Of a stretch of 64,000 nucleotides of DNA, positions 1 through 13,065 are shown piece by piece (the stretch's first letter is position 1; each line of letters opens with the position of its first letter). The notes under the pieces were generated by a model. That model was not told where the DNA came from, did no database searches, and saw only the letters and a program-made list of their open reading frames with translations. Made by a program: the position numbers and the translations under genes. This DNA comes from Callorhinchus milii (lineage: Eukaryota): positions 108,688,001-108,752,000 of the forward strand of contig NW_024704742.1 of assembly GCF_018977255.1 (NCBI RefSeq), written 5' to 3'.

Positions 1-414
1 GTATGTTAGGAAAGAATATCATGGTCCTGGCTAATATATATACTCTAACAAGATTAAGACTAGAAATGCTACAGGATACAATTTGAAGAAGTTCAATCCT
101 ACTCTAGATTTAAACTATTTTATGCAACATTTTAGAGTGTCCAGAATTTGGTCAATTCTTAAAGGCAGGCTTAACTTTGAAGCTGGTTTTCTGTAAGTTT
201 GTTTAAGATGTTGGCACAATGATAAATAGTTGCAATAATGGAAGTAAGGCACAAGAAAATACTAATGTAGGATCTACCGTACACTGATCACTAAAACTAG
301 CAATCCTTTCACAATTTTATAATAGTAAACATTTGAATTTGATAGAAATGTAAGAGAAACTCCTTTGATGGCTAGAAAATCGTCAGGTACACTAACAGGA
401 GCTTCCAGCCTAGG

Positions 415-760
415 ATGACAGAAATTTATAGCACAGAAGAAGGCCATTCAGACAATTGTGTCTGTGCCCTTGAGATTAATACCTCCAGTCCCATTTACCT
501 GCCCTTTCTCAATACCCCTCTGGTCGACACATTTTAAAAAAGTATTTGCCTAGTTTTCTCTTGAAGGCCAATATGGATTTTGCTTATCCACTGATCCAGG
601 CAGAGCATTCTATATCCTTACTACTTTGTGTAGGAAAAATAATCTTTTAACCATCCCATTTGCTCATTTGCTGTCTTAAATTGATGTTCTCCAGTTACTG
701 ACTCGATCAGTGGGAATAATTTCTCCCTAATAACTCTATCAAAACCCCTCAGATTTTTAA
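415..760 (-). mobile_element. Degenerate CR1 LINE 3' fragment
   Basis: Reverse-complement similarity to the CR1 3' end at 25620-25965 (e.g. atagcacagaagaaggccattc, actctatcaaaacccctc). Confidence 0.65.
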
Positions 761-1684
761 AGTCCTGTAGCACTATGCATTAAAGTCCCTACTCTAAGTA
801 AGATGAGCAATATTTTGCCCACAGTCCTCAGTAATGGAGAACCACATCTCCAACAATGAATCATTGAGATTCAACAATCCAGCACTCTGAGGTAAATCTA
901 GTGACCTCACCACAGTATGCTGAAAATATGTTTAAATTCTCTCATCGGTTTTCATTTAACATTTCTAACTTGTGCTCAACACCATTGAGTAAAGTAGATT
1001 CACTGCGGTGCAATATTCAAAGCACTACTTAGCATTAAATAGTGACACATTAATGCAAATGAAACCTTATTCTCCGATTTTACTTGTCATCCTGGTTTAT
1101 GCCAGCTGAAAGAGGAGAATTAGAAATGGTGAAATAAATGTTAGTTTTTCAAAAATTTGTGCTTTTGTTATAACTTCAGTTGGTATGAACTAAAGTGAAT
1201 CCAACAATTTAACATAAACTGTACAAAGTGTGGCAAATGGTTACTCATAAAGCAACAAGAGTTAACCTCCATTTCAGTTCTTCTTCATTTATTGTTAAAT
1301 GTAATTATTTAATCAGAGACTCTACCCCACATTAAAAGCACTATATCAATGCAAATTGTCGTTGTTGCTCCAAGTTATTGTTCAAATAAGTCCAGTGTGC
1401 TGGTCTCAACCACCCTTCCCAGTAACTTATTCCAGTCATTAGTTACCTTCTACATAAATAAATACTTCCCCTGTCTGTCTTGAAATTACCCATTGAAACT
1501 ATAAAACATGTACCCTCTTGTTCTGCTGTCTCTGTACATATGAAAATATTGTTCTGGGTTTACTTCCTCAAGCTCATATATAATGTTATAAAACTCTATA
1601 AGGTATCCTCTGACACATTTCCGTCCAAGACTGAAGTGGCCAGTGTCTTTAATCAATGCTAGAAGTTCATAGGATTGTCAAACA

Positions 1685-1980
1685 GCGCTACCAATGGCAG
1701 TTTTAGCTGGTTAGACTCCAGCACTAGCCCAAACCCACACGCTGAGGTCCCCAAGACTTGGCTCTTGACAACCTGCACCTAATGCTTTCTGGAATTAGGT
1801 CAGCGGGATGTGTCCCTCCAGGGGGAAAGTGTGCATTCTGTTCCAACAACCTACTTCTGGAATTTCCATGTGTAGGTGGAATGCATGGAATTCTCAGTTT
1901 CGTTTGGATACTGTGAAGCATGGTTTGGGGTTTCCGCATATGTCAGACACCCGGCTGACCAAAAAAAGAAGAAAAAAAAG
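1685..1980 (+). mobile_element. 3' end of an old poly(A)-tailed retroelement (unnamed family)
   Basis: Homologous to the reverse complement of 48763-49030 and 62651-62780. Ends gacacccggctgacc followed by an A-rich tail. Confidence 0.7.
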
Positions 1981-2699
1981 GCTTCCCTCAGTGCAGTACT
2001 CGAGTGTGTCAGCCTAGACTGACTTCAAACCCTGACATGGAGCTTTGCACTTTGTGCAAAAGACCTACCAACTGAACCAAGCTGGCATTCCAGACCAAGT
2101 TGCTGGTATTCAGATAATATTACTGAACCATCTTTATCCACCATTAGAATGTAATTCCCCTGATTCTCACAGGGCTGAACATTCCTTAAGAGATTCAATA
2201 ATTATCCAGTATACTGTCCAGTATAACTTATCCAGTATAACTGTTATGAAATGCTGCTTTTATCCACAATGTCTCAGATCAATTTAATGGATCAATTTGA
2301 TAGATTTACACTGGCACATAGAAGCTAAAGTAAAATAATCTGTGTGTCAGCCTGGGTCAGTGGTAGCACTTTTACCTCTGAGTCAGAAGGTTGGAGGTTT
2401 TCAAGCCCCATGTCAGGACTTGCAATCTATAGTCTAAGCTGACAATCCAATGCAGTTCTAGGGATGTGTTCCATTGTTGGAGGTGCCATCTTTCGGATAA
2501 GATGTTAAACTAAGGTCCCCGTCTGTCTGTTCAGATGGACATTAAAAATCTTATGACACTATTCAAGTAAAAATGGGAATTTCCACCAGTGTCCTACCCA
2601 ATAGGACAAATCCTCCAAATAAAAACGGTCACTCAATCTATGGCTATATGTGGGACACTACTGCGCACAAACTGGCTGCTCTGTTTTGCCCACAAACTA

Positions 2700-3408
2700 C
2701 TACTAATAAAAATAATCTTTACATTTGATATTTTATCACATTATTAAGGCATCTCCAAGTATTTCACAGAATATATGGGTGAAATGCGCCAGCCAATTGC
2801 ACCCAGCAGTGTCCCACAAACAGTCATGGATTGAGTGGCCAAATTTTTTTTAAAAAAGGGCTTATTACCAACAGAAAGTGATACCCCAGTCAATTAACAA
2901 CCGGGTTCCTACTTACTGCTAGGTTACCAGAGGTATGTGGAGTAAGATCTTCATCCTCACCTACAAGGCCATTCACGGCCTTGCTCCCTCCTACCTCTTT
3001 GACCTACTATCCCCATACTTACCTGCCCGTAACCTCCGTTCCTCTGGCTCCGGTCTGCTCTACATCCCCCGCCCCAACCGCCCTACCATCGGTGGCCGGG
3101 CCTTTAGCCTCTCAGCCCCGAGGCTCTGGAACTCTATCCCCCAGTGCCTTCGCCGCCTCCTCCCTTTCCTCCTTCAAGGCCGGTCTCAAGACCTTTCTCT
3201 TTGACCGTGCCTTCAGCTCCCCTCTCGACTCTCTTCCCCCTCCTCGCTCCCTCCCTTCCCTCCCCTCACCCTGACCATTTCCCCTCTGCTCGGGTCCTGA
3301 CCCAACTGTCCAGTGCCTTGAGGCGTCCTCCCGACGTGAAAGGCGCTCTATAAATGAAATCTTGTTGTTGTAAGGAAACCCTGCCTAAGATTACGCCCTG
3401 CCAGGAAT
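2700..3408 (-). mobile_element. tRNA-Ala/CORE-like SINE, long form, interrupted by an L2
   Basis: Tail and body at 2700-2946; resumes at taaggaaaccctgcctaag (3371-3408). Confidence 0.75.
2947..3369 (+). mobile_element. Young L2 LINE 3' fragment
   Basis: Encodes ILTYKAIHGLAPSYL...GGRAFSLSAPRLWNS (L2 ORF2 C-terminus), then the 3'UTR stem-loop and (TTG)n tail. Highly similar to 10128-10602. Confidence 0.92.
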
Positions 3409-6400
3409 ACACAGTCAATCCACTTCACAGAGTATTCTGTGTAGCACTTTAAGGCGTCTGAATGACATGAAATGGCATTATATCAAATGTAAATATTATT
3501 TTATAAGCTCTCTGACTTTTGTTTGAGGCTGAAGATAAAACAATAGCAGCACTTCAACTCCAGCATTCCTCTGTCAATATTCTTGGCTTATTTTTGTGAT
3601 CCAAGAAATACATCTTCAGCAGTTGCAAAGCAAAAGCAAAGTACGGATAACCAAAAGCACTTGTCTCATGTGCAAGTAAGTCAGGCTTTCCTTTGGGTGC
3701 ATTACAGACGTTTGGCTGACAATACATACTCTTTGACAGTGTTCCAGCTTTTAAGCACATCCAGACAGTCAATTAAAAAAGTACTACAAGATTGTTTAAA
3801 AAATGAACCCTCTTAAATATGGGTTACTAAAACGTTACTTTAAAACATTGACGGCTCAGAATTTACTACAAATTACTGTATTTAAAATAATTTATGACAT
3901 AAATCATGTGGGTATTTTGAAAGCTAAATTAAACATTCCATGTTCAAAAATCTGAGTACCATTTCATGGTGATGCATATTTGGTTGGAATTCATAATTCA
4001 TATTTTTGTTTTATTATACTACAATTGACTCCTCAAAAGATATTTATATAAATCAGAGGAAACACTTTAGAAATATAGGGGTCAGCTGGATTAGCGCTCC
4101 TACTTGCAATGGTCAAAATTATGATGTTTTGGGATTCCTTACAGCAACTCTGAATCACAAATGGGGACTCCTTCACTAACTGGCTGTATATCACATTGAC
4201 TCAAAGGAATTCCATTCTGGAGGGAGGATGTCTTGGAGCAGAGTTCTTTGAAGTTAGCATGATCTACTTCTATCTCTCCGATCTGCTCACACCCCACTTT
4301 ACTATCTGCCACTTTCGCTCAGCTGGCTCAGGACTTCACCAAATGATGAATAATAAATAATAATAATAAATGATGGCTGTGCTTTTAGCCACTATGCCCA
4401 GAATCTCTGGAACTACCTGCCTCAGGACCTCCATCTTGCCCCTATTTGCCCCCTATTTCAAATCACACTTGAAGACTGTCCTCTGTTCCAAACTGCCCAT
4501 CCTCCCTCCCACCAATTTAGAAAATCTGGAAAACATTTCGGTCTCAACTAAAACACTTTTGAATTGACCCTTTCTCCCTTGTACTAAAGTTCCCCAGTAA
4601 ATACATTAATGTGAAGCACTGGACTTTACTGCTGACAGTAACTACACAGTCAAACCATACGGAAGAGAAGAAAAGAAGCAGACATAAAGTTTATGCCCAT
4701 TTACACTGTACAATACAATTAGCGTCAATCTAGTGCAGTTTCCAATTATATGGCCATCAATGAAATTAAAGCCTTGCTCTTGAATAGTGGTGAACCTATG
4801 CCATGAACTTCAGTATAAATCACCTTTTGCTGTGATCAATTTTCACACAAACTTTCAAACATAAAAAAGCTTTTAAGTGGATTGGGCTGCCTAAAAGTTT
4901 ATTAGTAACATTAGAAAATTAACCATTTTGTTGCACAAGCATGGACCTCTTTTTTCTGCTCCCAGCAACAGAATTCAAAGTGGAAAATATAAATCTCATT
5001 TCTCTTTCTACTGCTGGAAGTAAAGCAAAATCCCTGCAGTTTAAAAAGGGCAATAAAATTAGCCATTAAAGCAAACTACAAATTACACTGGCTGCAGGAA
5101 CATTAAACATTGTGCTGTATTACATGCAAATATTAATATTAACGACCCTGTGTTACTATTTGAAAAAGAGAAGGGATTTTCTCTTAGTATTTTGGTCAGC
5201 AATCCCCCAAATAAAAATTGGTCATTCACATCATGGCTGCTTTGGGACAATGCTGTAGTACAAATTAGCTTATACACAGTCACTGCACTTCACAATAAAA
5301 TCCTGTGAAGTGCTTTGAGACGTCTCGATGACGTAATAAAGCAATAAATCAAATGCAAAATATATTATCCCAGTTATAAAAACTTGCAAAAATCAACAGG
5401 ACAAAGAGAATTGCAGGGTGTAAGCTAACATGGGCAAAGCTCTTCTGCTCAGGCTAGGAAGGTGGAGCTGTTTCCCCATGAATCCCAGTAAGTGGAACTA
5501 TTAATCCATTCATGGGCACAGATACAGAACCAGTTTGGAAAGTGAAAACGTTTTTTTGTCAGCCAGTGAACATATATATATTCTATTGCATACCTAATAC
5601 AGTTTTAGAGAAACACATATTATTCAGTGAACTTGATTTGATGATATGACTATTCCCTAAGTCAGTTTATGTCTTCTTCAAATTCAAATCCCTCAAATTC
5701 AAATATAACTCTTTCCTGTAAGCAGGAAATCTAAAAGTATTTTACGCACTTGGCTGGACACTCAAGCTGGGGGTGAGGGGAAGATGAGTGAAAAGCATGA
5801 ACGAATAGATAAACCTTAAAATGGGCTTTAAAAGTGGGGAGGAAGGGTCGACTGCATAAAACTGCATTTATATCTTTAGCATAAACTGTGGATTTTTAAA
5901 AAAATTAAGTCTTGATTTTGAAACTGCTTCTTCTAAATAATCGTGGAAAACCATCTTCCAGATTGAATTGAAGAATTTTTCACATTTCGATGTGACCTTA
6001 AACGTTAAGACAAAATTGTCTTACAGGCTAAGATTAGGTGGATTATCAGATCTCTCACTCAGGAGCCAGGATGGATCCTTCACAGTGTACCCAGGGCTAT
6101 AAATATATGATTCATTCCACTCAAACTCTGACGTGCGATGACTCATCTGACAACCCTTTCTCCCTACTGCAGGCAGACTTCTTGCTCTGCTTGCTTTTCT
6201 TTTAAATTGAAAATTCACTATTCGTGACGTGAGCCAACGCCTAACCCTGAATAGCTCTTTTTATTTTTAAAGAAAAGCCATTAAGATTTTTGTATAGTAC
6301 ATTAATTAAGAATAGATGCTATTTTGTCAGTCAGTCACTTTTCTTTACATACTTATACATCAATCTTTACACATATATGTGACATACATATACAATTAGC

Positions 6401-8826
6401 AAATTATAGGATTGAAAATGAGACATTCACAAACCAGAAGAGACATTAAGGGACACGATAAAAGGGGAGAGGTCGTCATTCTCTTGCCAAAGCCTGAAAT
6501 TACTGATAGAGAGTCAGAAAGCAAAACATTTGCCTTTGAGACTGTGAATTTCTTTCAATATTTGAAACAAATTTGGTAACAAAATTACAAGAAAATTGTG
6601 TTTTTTCAGATGATTAAAATATCCTTTTGCAAAATGATTCAAAGAAAATATGTTTAAATTCTCTCATCAGTTTTCATTTAACATTTCTAATTTGTGCTAT
6701 ACCCCATCAGGATTAAAAAATCTGCCAAATTCTAATAAACTGGTGGAGTAGGTTTGATGGGTGGAATGCCTTCCTCTTTCCTGTTTTCCCATGTTCCTTG
6801 AAGTCACTGTACTAATTATGAGTTCCATTCCATTTTGCATCTGAAATAACACAATTTGCTTGCAATTGTTACCAAATTTGTTTCAAATATGGGGTTGGGG
6901 GAATCACATTCCCAAAGGTAGAGGATTTGCTTTCTGTCTTTCTATCAGACATTTGGATCTTTGGGCAAGACAATGATGACTTTCAGTTTGCAAATAATCA
7001 ACATATTCAACTCCAAAGTCTGACATTAAAAATAGCAGCTTCAAAACACCAATTGTGATTGAACTGCTGACAAGAAAATACAAGACATCGTGAAGGAAAC
7101 TTTTAATGCGTACACTCTCTTTTCCAGGCAATCTAATTATCGGCTTACTTATCCCAAGTCTGTTAGAAATGCACCTTTGAAGCCTAACCACTCTTCCTCA
7201 GTAGAAATGCACTAGTAAGGGCTATCAATAGACTTGTCTATATTGCCTCTAACATTGCAGTCCTCTCGGTTGCGAGCTTGAGATTTTAGTCAGCATTATT
7301 CTCAAATTTTAAAATACAGACGGTAAAAAATTTAGCCGAATAATGAATTGTCCTACTTACTGAGGTGTTCATAAGGTGAGTTTTCAACTGCTCTTTTATT
7401 ATGGAATTATCAAGCTGTTGGTGATAGGCAGCATTTCTGGGGCTGCATTTCTTTGTCATCCTCATTAGGATATTTGCCACAGCTTGTTGTTAAATGTTCC
7501 TATTGCTTTCTCACACGGCAGGAAAAGCAATGAGGTGGAATATAGATTCAAAGCCTCATTACTGGTCATTTCCTGGAAGAGCTAGGTTCAGTTATTAGTC
7601 TGAATATATGTATGTGTTGTGTCAATGTATGCACAACCATTCGGTCAGCCTGTCTGTCTAAGTGGGTTTAGCAAATGCATTCTGGAAGCTGAACTGCAAT
7701 CTCGGATGGCATGGCTTTTTCCTTAGGCTGAAACAGAGTGGGCTAAGAGGTTGCTCCTGTTTCTACTCTGCTTCCTTTGACTGGTTTAGCAAATTCTAAC
7801 CTCACACAATATCACGTCATGTAATGGAGACATTTTTCATAAGGGCGTAGAGCCGTTAGAATGGGATAGGATGCGTACTCCAACTTTCCTGTCTCTATCC
7901 CTCCAAATAGCCCCCTCTCTTTAAATCCCATCTTAAAACCTACCTCTTCTACCGATCCTATGGGCAACTCACCTTTCTCCCTTCTCCCTTGCTTGGCGTC
8001 CAACTCGACCATCATGAAAGTTCTGGGATGTTATCCTATATAGAGCGCTGTATTAATGCAAGTTGTTGTTATTGAAGCAGGGCCAGGGCCATAGTGGCAG
8101 TTGGACAATGACGCCTGCTCTCCTGTGAATCAGAAACTTGCTGAAGCCCCTTGGTGGTAGACATAACCTCTTTGACCTATTACACATACGTACTCCCATT
8201 GCCAGTTGCTACCATCAGCTCTGCTTGCCCTTAGATCTCGGTAGTCCGGTTCCTGAGCCTGAGGGCTAATGATGACAGAGCAGCCATCCTGACTCATCAG
8301 CAAAGCTTGGAGGAGGAGATTAGTCATTGGAAGCAGGGATTTTTCCTACTCAGCTCCTGTTAACCCTGCAAGCTAAAGCCTTATTGAGTGGGATGGTCCA
8401 AGCAGCAGGAAGTTGCCTCATCTTCTTTTATATGTTGTGCCCACTCTGGCCCACCCTACACTCATTCCTTTTGGTTTCTGAGATTTTGACACCATTCTGT
8501 GCCCACTTCCTGTGGCAGGTGCGAGGTTGTTTAGTGATTATAATTTTGAACATTACCTATACAGGATATAATCGGAACTGTATGAGCAAATACCGTATTT
8601 CAGTACTTTAATAGTATACTGCAGCTGAAATGTCACATCTGCAATAACAAGAGCAATAAATTACATGTATATAATAATAATAACAGTCCTTACATTTGAT
8701 ATAACACCTTATCATGTCTTCTAGATGTCTCAAAGTGCTTCACAGAACATACTGTAAAGTGAATTGACTGTATATTTTGTGGGTGAAACGTGGCAGCCAA
8801 TTGCACACAGCAGTGTCCCACAAACA

Positions 8827-10920
8827 CAACAACAACAACTTTACATTTGTAAAGCGCCTTTCACATCGGACGTCAAGATGCTGAACAGTCAGGGATCAGG
8901 ACCCGAGCGTGGGGATGCAGGGTTGAGATGAAGGAGAGCAAAGGGGGTAGGAGGGTGGCTGAAGGCACAATCAAAAAGGAGAGTCGTGCTTTGAAGGAGG
9001 CAAGAGAGGGAGCAAGGGAGGGGATTGTGGGATGGAGATCCAAAGAGTGAGGGCAGAGAGGCTGAAAGCCCGAGCGCTGATGGTAGGGCGGGTCAGGTGG
9101 GAGACATGGAACAGGCCAGAGCCTGCTGAACGGAGGGAGAGGACAGATTGATAGGGTGTCAGGAGGTCAGAGATGTAGTAGGGGGCAAGGCCATGGAGGG
9201 CCTTGAAAATGAGGCCAAGAATTTTGAATTCTATCCTCTGAGGGATTGGGAGCCAGTGGAGCCAGGCAAGGGTGGGGGTCCTCCTCGACCTATCGGCAGC
9301 ATTCAATACGGTCGACCACGCTATCCTACTCCACCGCTTGTCCTCCCACCTCAACCTTCAAGGCACTGTCCTTGAGTGGTTTAGGTCGTACCTTTCTCAC
9401 CGTCTTCACTTTGTCTCGACGAATGGCTTCTCCTCCACCCCCCGTACTGTCTCATGTGGAGTCCCTCAGGGCTCTGTCCTCGATCCCCTCCTCCCCTCCT
9501 CTTCACCCTCTATATGCTCCCCCTTGGTGACATCATCCGCAGACATGGAGTTAACTTCCACATGTATGTGGATGACACCCAACTCTACCTTTCCTCCTCT
9601 ACTCTCAACTCCACGACCACCGATGTCCTGACAGCCTGCCTGTCCGACATCGAGTCCTGGACGAGAGACAACTTTCTTCAGCTCAACGTGCGAAAAACCG
9701 AGGCCCTCCTGATTGGCTCACGTCAGCACCTCCGCACCTCAGGCGCTGACACCATCAGCATCCAAGGCTGCACTCTCCACCTCTCAAAGCCAGTCAGGAA
9801 CCTCGGCGTTTTGTTCGACCCTGAGCTGTCCTTTCTCCCTCACATCCGCACCACAACTGGCACCGCCTTCCATCACCTCCGGAACATCGCCAGACTACGC
9901 CATTACCTCACCCCTCACGCTGCTGAAACCCTGGTTCACGCCTTTGTCACCTCAAGGCTGGACTATGGGAACTCTCTCCTCGTCGGCCTTCCCGCCACCT
10001 CCCTCCACACTGCAGGTCATTCAGAACTCTGCAGCTCGTGTACTGTCCCGCACCAGGCTTCGGGACCACATCACTCCCACCCTCGCTCGCCTCCACTGGC
10101 TCCCCATCCCCCAGAGGATTGATTTCAAGATCCTCATCCTCACCTACAAGGCCATTCACGGCCTCGCTCCCTCCTACCTCTCCAACCTACTATCCCCCTA
10201 CCTACCTGCCCGTACCCTCCGTTCCTCCGGCTCCGGTCTGCTCCACGTCCCCCGCCCCAATCGCCCTACCATTGGTGGTCGGGCCTTCAGCCTCTCAGCC
10301 CCGAGGCTCTGGAACTCTATCCCCCAGTGCCTTCGCCGCCTCCTCCCTTTCCTCCTTCAAGGCCGGTCTCAAAACCTTTCTCTTTGACCGAGCCTTCAGC
10401 TCCCCTCTCGACTCTCTTCCCCCTTCTCGCTCCCTCCCATCCCTCCCCTCACCCTGACCATTTCCCCCCTCCTCGCTCCCTCACCCTGACCATTTCCCCC
10501 CTGCTCGGGTCATGACCCAACTGTGCAGCGCCTTGGGACGTCCTCCTGACGTGAAAGGCGCTTTATAAATGGAATCTTGTTGTTGTTGTTGTTGTTGTTG
10601 TTGATGGGGTCATGGAACCTGGTGCCGGAGTGGACACGAGCTACAGAGTTCTGGATGATCTGCAGCTTGTGGAGGGCAGAGTTGGGGAGGCTGACAAGGA
10701 GGGAGTTTCCGTAGTCGAGCCTTGAGGTGACAAATGTGTGCATGAGGGTTTCGGTAGCCTGAGAGGTGAGGCAGTGGCGGTGTCAGGCAATGTTGTGATG
10801 GGGGGGATGGCAGAGCAGGTCATGGTATGGATATGGGGGAGAAAGGATAGTTGAGGATCGAACAAGATGCTCAGGTTCCTGACTGGCTTGGTGAAGTGGA
10901 GTGTGTAACCATGGATGCTG
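8827..10920 (-). mobile_element. Older L2 LINE fragment, split into 8827-9279 and 10603-10920
   Basis: (CAA)n tail at 8827. Minus-strand ORF pieces [13 protein letters not shown] and [13 protein letters not shown]. The sequence is collinear across the inner insertion. Confidence 0.88.
9280..10602 (+). mobile_element. Young 5'-truncated L2 LINE (RT domain to 3' tail), frameshifted
   Basis: [52 protein letters not shown] spread over several frames; (TTG)n tail. Confidence 0.95.
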
Positions 10921-11774
10921 ACAGTCATGGTTTGAATGACCAAATTGTTATTTTTTTTTGAATGAATTATAACCCCTGGAAAATTGATCTGCCCAACATC
11001 TAACAGCTGGGTTCATACTTACTGCTAGGTGAACAGAGGCGTGTGGAGTAAGGAAACTTGACTGAGGTTTTGCCCGTTCAGGAATCGAACCCAGGTCCTC
11101 TCGCTTGTAAGGCGATTGCTCTAACCACTGAGCTACAGGACTCCACATATTGCACCTTCACATAAAAATGCATGCCAGAGTACTGACAAATGTAGTCTTG
11201 ATTATTGTTATTATTATTAAAATTGTGCATTTCACCCACAATTATATAGTCAATTCACTTTATAGTATATTCTGTGAAGCATTTTGAGACATCTCTAAGA
11301 TGTGATAAGGCACTACATCAAATGCAAGGATTATTATTTTATTATTATTATTGATTAAGTGTAGTGCTTTAAAATGTACTTTATCGACCTTACCCATGGT
11401 CACCTTCCCTCTCCCATCCCCCCTCCGCTTTAGTACCCAGCTCTGAAACTGTAAAATGCTCCAAGACATCACCCTACATGAAAATTGCTATACAAATACA
11501 AATTGTTGTTGTTCGTAGAAGATGAACAGGAAAATCAGTGATTTAAAAAGCCTGAAAACCTATCAAATCTTATCCTGTAAAAATATGTTACCTTAAAGTT
11601 TAAGAGCTGACAGAACTGTGGAAACTTTTACCAACTTTTACCAAAACAGTACCAGCTTCCAAATTATGGCTGAATTTAAGTATTTTCCAAGATTTGGTGT
11701 GATCTGAAATTTAAGAAAAGAGAGCATTATTTGGACTAAGGTTAGGTGACACTTCAGGCCAAAAAAAAGGATTT

Positions 11775-12080
11775 TGACAGAGATGGGTTGAGATAGTAAA
11801 CAGCAAATATTCTGGAAGTGGAAAAACATGGCCTTGGCACTGGGTGGATGTGAGTTTGAAACATAGCCATGGAACAGCAAGGTTACAAGCCACTGAGTTC
11901 AGACTTAGTGAGCACCTAAAAGGGTTAATGGAATCAGAGTCTGAAGCACTTAGTTAGTGGTGAGAATCAAACACAACAGCTTCAGTTTTATTGACAATGA
12001 ACTGCAAAAAATTGCAACTTATCCAGGACTTGATGTCAGATAGGAAGTCTCTCATGGCTGTGACAATACTATGGTGGTGG
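11775..12080 (-). mobile_element. Highly degenerate L2 fragment
   Basis: Minus-strand peptide AMFFHFQNI resembles the L2 AFxHLRNI motif. Confidence 0.5.
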
Positions 12081-12799
12081 TGGTGGTGTAGTGTTGGTGC
12101 TATGCTGTTAGTAGCAGACTATTGATTCTACTCAACTCTTCCCAGCCGTGCATGTCTGCTTTCAAAGCTTTCCAAATGCATTCTGAACTGTGGGGCTGGT
12201 GTAAGGTGTGCCATGAGTGCTGGATATCCACTCTAGGAGGGTCCTGACTTAGTTTATGCCCCTAACAGTGTGCTACGCAGATGGTGAAAACATTCCTAAA
12301 CGATATTAGAAATAGAATTCCACTGACTTGATAAATCAGCCACCCTGCATTCATTATTTTGTGAACTTTGCTTAATCAATCAAGCATGAATAGGATATCA
12401 TCTAACCCAGCAATGGACTTCACGACTACATCCTATTATCAAATGACTCCATAAGGTCTTTGCTATAAGAGATAGTACAATCAGTATGGTAGCTATACAC
12501 CCCAGTAAATGAATGTGTGAGATGTGTGAGATGCTTACTTACCGGCGATTCAGTTAAAGGTCATTCCAAAGGTGATTATGTAACTTAGTGCACATTGTAA
12601 TGGAAAAAAATTAAGAAATGTACTGACGTGTTTTGTGACCTTCCTGAGTAGAGAGATTTGAGTAAAGATAGACGGGTTGGTTTGGCTTTTGAGCGTAAAC
12701 TAGCAGAACTTCCAAAGACATAATCATTCACTTTAATATCATTCTTCCAGGAGACAGATGGAATGTGCATCCTTTCAAACGTGGGTTAGAAACCAGCAG

Positions 12800-13065
12800 A
12801 TTAAACACTTGACAGCGGGACAGAGGAATTGTGGAACATGGACAGCAGAGAGTTCGAGGCATCAAAAATGGTTTGATGCAGAATCCATAATAGCTTTTCA
12901 AAGGGAATTAGACTCAGTAAGGAAAGTGGTTAAAAGGTAACAGGAAAAAAAGAGTATCTGAAAAGGGATTAAATAAATAGGTTTACACAGAGCCCGCAGT
13001 GGCAAGTTGGGCTAAATAGCCTTCTTCAGCGTTGAAAAAATTTCTGATTCTATGATTTTATGATC
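12800..13065 (+). mobile_element. Degenerate CR1 3' end
   Basis: DAESIIAFQRELD-like peptide, gggctaaatagcctt 3'UTR motif and ttctatga-type tail. Confidence 0.65.

Larger units (their letters stand above)
2345..3500 (+). mobile_element. Deu-domain SINE, interrupted (pieces ~2345-2697 and ~3407-3500)
   Basis: tRNA-like head, Deu-domain-like ggaggtgccatctttcggataagatgttaaac, and an L2-type tail that resumes after the nested inserts. Confidence 0.75.
8670..11147 (-). mobile_element. tRNA-Ala/CORE-like SINE, long form, split into 8670-8826 and 10921-11147
   Basis: gtcccacaaaca at 8826 continues as acagtcatgg at 10921. tRNA-like head at ~11070-11147. Confidence 0.8.

Noticed and set aside
10447..10500. 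Short tandem duplication in the L2 3'UTR
   Set aside because: Ordinary slippage in a C-rich tract, limited to this copy.
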